Part shown: piece by piece, positions 48,790-53,500 of the stretch
Layout of the letters: each line of letters starts with the position of its first letter
Position numbering within the stretch: position 1 is the stretch's first letter
Source: Nemertoderma westbladi
Lineage: Eukaryota > Animalia > Xenacoelomorpha
Reading direction: 5' to 3'
Length of the DNA stretch: 53,500 nucleotides
Assembly (NCBI GenBank): GCA_032718475.1
Contig: JAUCBJ010000958.1
Span: 1 to 53,500 of the forward strand
Position numbers and translations under genes: made by a program
The notes under the pieces: model-generated
Told to the model about the DNA's origin: nothing
Database searches by the model: none
What the model saw: the letters and a program-made list of their open reading frames with translations, nothing else

Positions 48790-49738
48790 CGCCATCACTA
48801 ACGTAATCTCTAAGTCCTTCACGTGTAACGCCATCACTAACGTAATCTCTAAGTCCTTCACGTGTAACGCCATCACTAACTTAATCTCTAAGTCCATCAC
48901 GTGTAACGCCATCACTAACTTAATCTCTAAGTCCATCACGTGTAACGCCATCACTAACTTAATCTCTAAGTCCTTCACGTGTAACGCCATCACTAACTTA
49001 ATCTCTAAGTCCTTCACGTGTAACGCCATCACTAACTTAATCTCTAAGTCCTTCACGTGTAACGCCATCACTAACGTAATCTCTAAGTCCTTCACGTGTA
49101 ACGCCATCACTAACTTAATCTCTAAGTCCATCACGTGTAACGCCATCACTAACTTAATCTCTAAGTCCATCACGTGTAACGCCATCACTAACTTAATCTC
49201 TAAGTCCATCACGTGTAACGCCATCACTAACTTAATCTCTAAGTCCATCACGTGTAACGCCATCACTAACTTAATCTCTAAGTCCTTCACGTGTAACGCC
49301 ATCACTAACTTAATCTATAAGTCCTTCACGTATAACGCCATCACTAACTTAATCTCTAAGTCCTTCACGTGTAACGATATCACTAACTTAATCTATAAGT
49401 CCTTCACGTGTAACGATATCACTAACTTAATCTCTAAGTCCTTCACGTGTAACGCCATCACTAACTTAATCTCTAAGTCCTTCACGTGTAACAATATCAC
49501 TAACTTAATCTCTAAGTCCTTCACGTGTAACGCCATCACTAACTTAATCTCTAAGTCCTTCACGTGTAACGATATCACTAACTTAATCTCTAAGTCCTTC
49601 ACGTGTAACGCCATCACTAACTTAATCTATAAGTCCTTCACGTGTAACGATATCACTAACTTAATCTCTAAGTCCTTCACGTGTAACGCCATCACTAACT
49701 TAATCTCTAAGTCCTTCACGTGTAACACATCACTAACT
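48790..49738. repeat. 39-bp satellite, about 24 copies
   Basis: Unit GCCATCACTAACTTAATCTCTAAGTCC(T/A)TCACGTGTAAC. Confidence 0.96.
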
Positions 49739-49895
49739 CTATCACTAACTTCAAACGAGAAGTTCTTACCAGACACAACACGCTTAATTCCGTTTGACAA
49801 TTGTAATCGCATGACGATTAAGAAGTACTGTTTTAGAACCGAAATGAAGAAAGGTAAACAAATCATGAGTTTTTCCTAAACCATTTAGGTAGTAC

Positions 49896-50576
49896 TGGTT
49901 CTGTCTGACCTGTGACCGGATGAGCATAAGCTCAAAGGATGGTATGCTTGAGCATGTGGACGACTTCTGTTACCTGGGATCATGGATCCGGAAGTCAGGT
50001 GAGGACCTTCGAATACGTAAGGGAAAGGCATGGGCAGCCTTGAATAGGCTTTCCAGGATTTGGAAGTCACCGATAATTAATCGGAAACTTAAGGTCCGAT
50101 TATTTAGAGCAGCAGTAGTTCCAGTACTCCTCTATGGGAGTCCATGCTGGGCTCTAACTGCTGAGGACACCAAATCTCTGGATGGCACATTCACAAGAAT
50201 GCTACGCTGGGTTCATTGTGTCAAGTACAATGCACACATCTCCAACCAGACACTATATAACATTGGAGGTGTCTCATTGGTTCCCCCAACCTTGACACTA
50301 GAACAAAATTGCCTCAGCTTTGCAGGACATTGCTTTCGCCGTGAGGACCAGCCAGTGCATAATCTTGTACTTTGGCAGCCTCATGGAGTTAATAAGCATG
50401 GTGGACAGCCCATGACTTTCTTGAGATGCATCTTAAAGGACACTGGCCTTGAAGATGCGGATGATCTAGCAAAAGTCATGGGTGATAGGGAGTTGTGGCG
50501 GCGCAATTTTGTCGACAAGCCGGCACAGCATTCTTAAAAATGCAGCTGCAATGCAGCATGCCGATCCTAGTAGTAG
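49896..50576 (+). mobile_element. 5'-truncated RTE (second family), C-terminal ORF fragment 49920-50537
   Basis: VDDFCYLGSWI, KAWAAL, LLYGS..W, FAGHCFR; short TAGTAG tail; possible TSD TAGGTA(G/A)TAC. Confidence 0.85.
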
Positions 50577-51166
50577 GTAATACAGACTACAGATACAATA
50601 ATACTACTACAGTAGTTTATACTAAATACTGAAATACAGAAACCATCGACTATTGTTAATTTGAACCTGACTGCCTGATTTGTAAAAAGAAACGCCACTC
50701 GCACTGCTAGGTATTTTCAGGCCCGACTGCGTTACATGGTGGACATGTCTCGAGTGTGACGCTATTGATTGTGACAGCGTTACATGCATTACATGATGGA
50801 CATTGAAGACATTTTTCATTAACATGGCGTTGACTATAGTTTGTTTTGAAATTATATTAAAATCAAATATGTTTTTCGATAGATCTGCGATTGCTCTTTC
50901 ATATGAGCCCGCAATGGTCTCGATATGATTAGTAAAGCAAAAGTTATCGCTATTCAAAGTAGCGTTACATTGAGGACATTCCTAATGACGGTATTTTATG
51001 TAGATTTACGTTTTCGCACAACGCTCGAGTTCTACTGAACGAATTCGTATAATTATTTTACCTGCTGATAGCTAAATAAATCGCCGTTTAGAAATATCTC
51101 ACTTGGAGATGTTGTGAATAAATAAAAAAAAACCATGTCATGATACGAGCGTTACATGGTGGACAA

Positions 51167-51260
51167 GTTGTGGCGGTGCAATTTTGTTGACAAGCCGGCA
51201 CAGCATTCTTAAAAATGCAGCTGCAATGCAGTATGCCGATCCTAGTAGTAGTAGTAGTAG
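51167..51260 (+). mobile_element. 94-bp 3'-end copy of the second RTE family with TSD
   Basis: Matches about 50492-50576, has a (TAG)n tail, and is flanked by TGGTGGACAA at 51157-51166 and 51261-51270. Confidence 0.88.
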
Positions 51261-52311
51261 TGGTGGACAAAATCGTAGTGCCGGCGTAACCGATTGTTAG
51301 TAAATAGTAAATATATAAAATGTGAGTAGCTTCGGTTGAAAACCACCAATAGTATGTGAAAGAGCATTAAATTTGCTTTATTTTTATGTATGGTATGTGG
51401 AACCTTTGCTTTCATTACTTTATAGCTCAGAAGCCAAATATTTAAAAATAATTTAATGTGACATTTCAAAAAACATGCATTTTTGATATTTGTAATGGTG
51501 TCATTATTTAGGTTGTGAATGGAAATTTGCTGAAATATGAGCAGATTTCCGCTCTTCCGATTCGTATATAGGTTCATGGGATTAAATCTGTGTCGTTTGG
51601 AAATATAACCATGCGAATCCGAATGCATGGCCATTTTGACATAAAAGTTTGGCCACTTTTTGTGAGAACGACCCAATTAAACTAATTAGAGTATTTTAGT
51701 AAGCGGGAACGATCACCTGATTTGTGAGAACGACCCAATTAAACTAATTAGTGTATTTTAGTAAGCGGGAACGATCACCTGATTTCTTTTGTTTGTTTTA
51801 TTCATTTAATTCTTGTAAATGTTATTCTGTAAAAGTGTAAAACGGTCTCGAATCGTTTAACGTAGAATTATTTAATTAGCTTTACAAGGAAAATATAATA
51901 TGGAAGTCGCGAAATATATAATATGTCAGGCGGGATGAAAAAGGTATCTATATACTAACTAACTAGGGGTGAGTTAGTACAATTATAAATATGGCTTTAA
52001 TGAAAAATACATATAAAGTAATGAAGGGGTAACACAAATAAACGTAAATAAATATAGGAAACCCGAGTTTTATTGGGAAAATATAAGTGAAAATCAACTT
52101 ATTAAACATATAAAAATCTAAATTGTTACTGAAATAAGATACCATAGTAACTAGGGATGAAGGAATGCACATTATGGGAAAAGGATAAGAAATAAAACCG
52201 ATAATAAACGGCGAGACTACGAACGAGGTTATAGGAACGGTGTGATTGCGGGCCGGTCCCGGACAAACATCTACCCAACATACACGGTTCGAGTGGAGTC
52301 GCTCGGCTCAA

Positions 52312-52559
52312 CTATTTGCGTTTCTTCCCTTTATCCTTGCCAACTACTACCGGCGGTGCCGGTTCGGCCTCCTCCAGTATCGCCCGGGTAGCGAACGTCT
52401 GTCTCGCCTGTCCCTGACTCACCGCCATCGCCAGGTACTCGTGTCCGCCCCGTTTCTCCCACTCCTCCTGGAACTCCAACTCGAGAATCTCGGCCCCTTT
52501 CTTCTTCGTCAGACCGGTTTCGTCCAGGGATAATTCGCACATGTGAAGGTCATCCTTAC
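52312..52559 (-). other. Possible terminal coding exon or TE ORF end, product unknown
   Basis: GC-rich open frame (..DDLHMCELSLDETG..KDKGKKRK*) preceded on the minus strand by a T-rich tract ending TTTAG. Confidence 0.3.
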
Positions 52560-52956
52560 CTAAAGTTTTGTCAAAATGTAAAATACCAAATAAATAAGTT
52601 TACAGTTCGGTATTGAATTGAATATTTTTTTTCGCATTGGCAAATTCATTGGATAAATTGTGGGGGAAATATATGTAGCAACTTTTTCGATACAGTGCCG
52701 AAAAAGTTAATAACTAAATTTATCCCCGAAACTTCAAATTGATCAGCAACCTGAGCTGCTCTCCAAGTTGCCCCAAAGGTTTTATCGTAAATGAGTTTCA
52801 TTCAGTTCAGCATAGTATCTAAATCGCATGTTACATATCGTAACTGATATGGAATGTGATTTGTATCCCAAGTATTATCTATGGAGCAGCAAGTCTACCT
52901 TCTAATAACATTGATGTTATTGCGAAACAGATAAGAAAGGATATGCGCTCGATTCT

Positions 52957-53290
52957 ACCCCCCCCCACCCCCCCCCCCCCCCCCCCCCCTACCCCCCCCT
53001 TAAGGCTACAACAATTCAATTTTGCTCGATTCGAAATGCGCTCGATTCTACATCTAGACAATAAGATATCAAACTATATGATATACAAGTTGTTTGACTT
53101 GAATGTAGAGATGCTACTGTATTAAGGGGGGAGGGGGGGGGGGGGGTATACCCCCCCCCCCCCCCCCCCCCAGATATGTTATCTTCTTATAAAATTTCGT
53201 CATGGGAATACGAGTTACCGACTTATTGTCCCTAGCTGTGTCCAGTTATTCTACCCTTAAGGGGGGGGGGGGGGGGGGGGGGGGGGGGGT
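52957..53290. repeat. Poly-C/poly-G tracts adjoining TTAA, possibly ends of non-autonomous DNA elements
   Basis: C-runs at 52957-52999 and 53151-53171; G-runs at 53125-53146 and 53261-53289; three of the four runs abut TTAA. Confidence 0.5.
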
Positions 53291-53500
53291 AGCGCATTTT
53301 CTGACCAAAAAGTCGAATTTTTGAAACATATCCTATCTGATGCAGAATTTCATGCTGAATCCAAATATGGAAACCGTTTTCCCATATCTTGTTTAGTTTT
53401 CGAGATATCTGGCATGGAAGATACTGGCTCCGATACATCGCGATATCGGTAAAGGAGATGAAGTTTGGGGTTTGCATTCAATTTCTGCAAATTTCTGTGC

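Larger units (their letters stand above)
48331..51674. mobile_element. Putative non-autonomous DNA transposon (unclassified) hosting a satellite and two RTE insertions
   Basis: Imperfect TIR GGGT(TT/CG)TTCTCACAAAAAGTGGCCA at 48331 and its reverse complement ending at 51674; TGTAACGC motifs in the left half and GCGTTACA motifs in the right half. Confidence 0.6.

Noticed and set aside
48766-49866. MALHVKDLEIKLV repeat ORFs
   Set aside because: Translation of the 39-bp satellite, interrupted by stops.

Overview
Repeat-saturated, AT-rich eukaryotic DNA, most likely from an invertebrate animal (taxon not determinable from the sequence). It holds three related APE-RT LINEs, a full-length RTE with target-site duplications plus RTE fragments, a CR1/L2-like fragment, a 5'-truncated BEL/Pao LTR retrotransposon, a Tc1 transposon, MITEs and at least nine unrelated tandem arrays. 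Only one host gene is recognisable, an intronless and divergent QCR9/UQCR10 homolog. The most striking region is about 6.8-13.3 kb, which looks like an endogenous DNA-virus-like segment. It has a nucleocytovirus VLTF3-like late transcription factor head-to-head with a reconstructable ~840-aa protein carrying Rep_trans-like (rolling-circle initiator) motifs and an upstream AAAATTGA motif. Both genes are broken by tandem amplification of 82-86 bp pieces of their own coding sequence. Other highlights: a LINE whose ORF1 and ORF2 are in frame and separated by one UGA-CUA (readthrough context), an extra triple zinc-knuckle ORF and a thrice-repeated hairpin in the BEL/Pao element, and an H-type pseudoknot just upstream of the RTE start codon. 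All family assignments come from motif recognition by eye; no database search was run.
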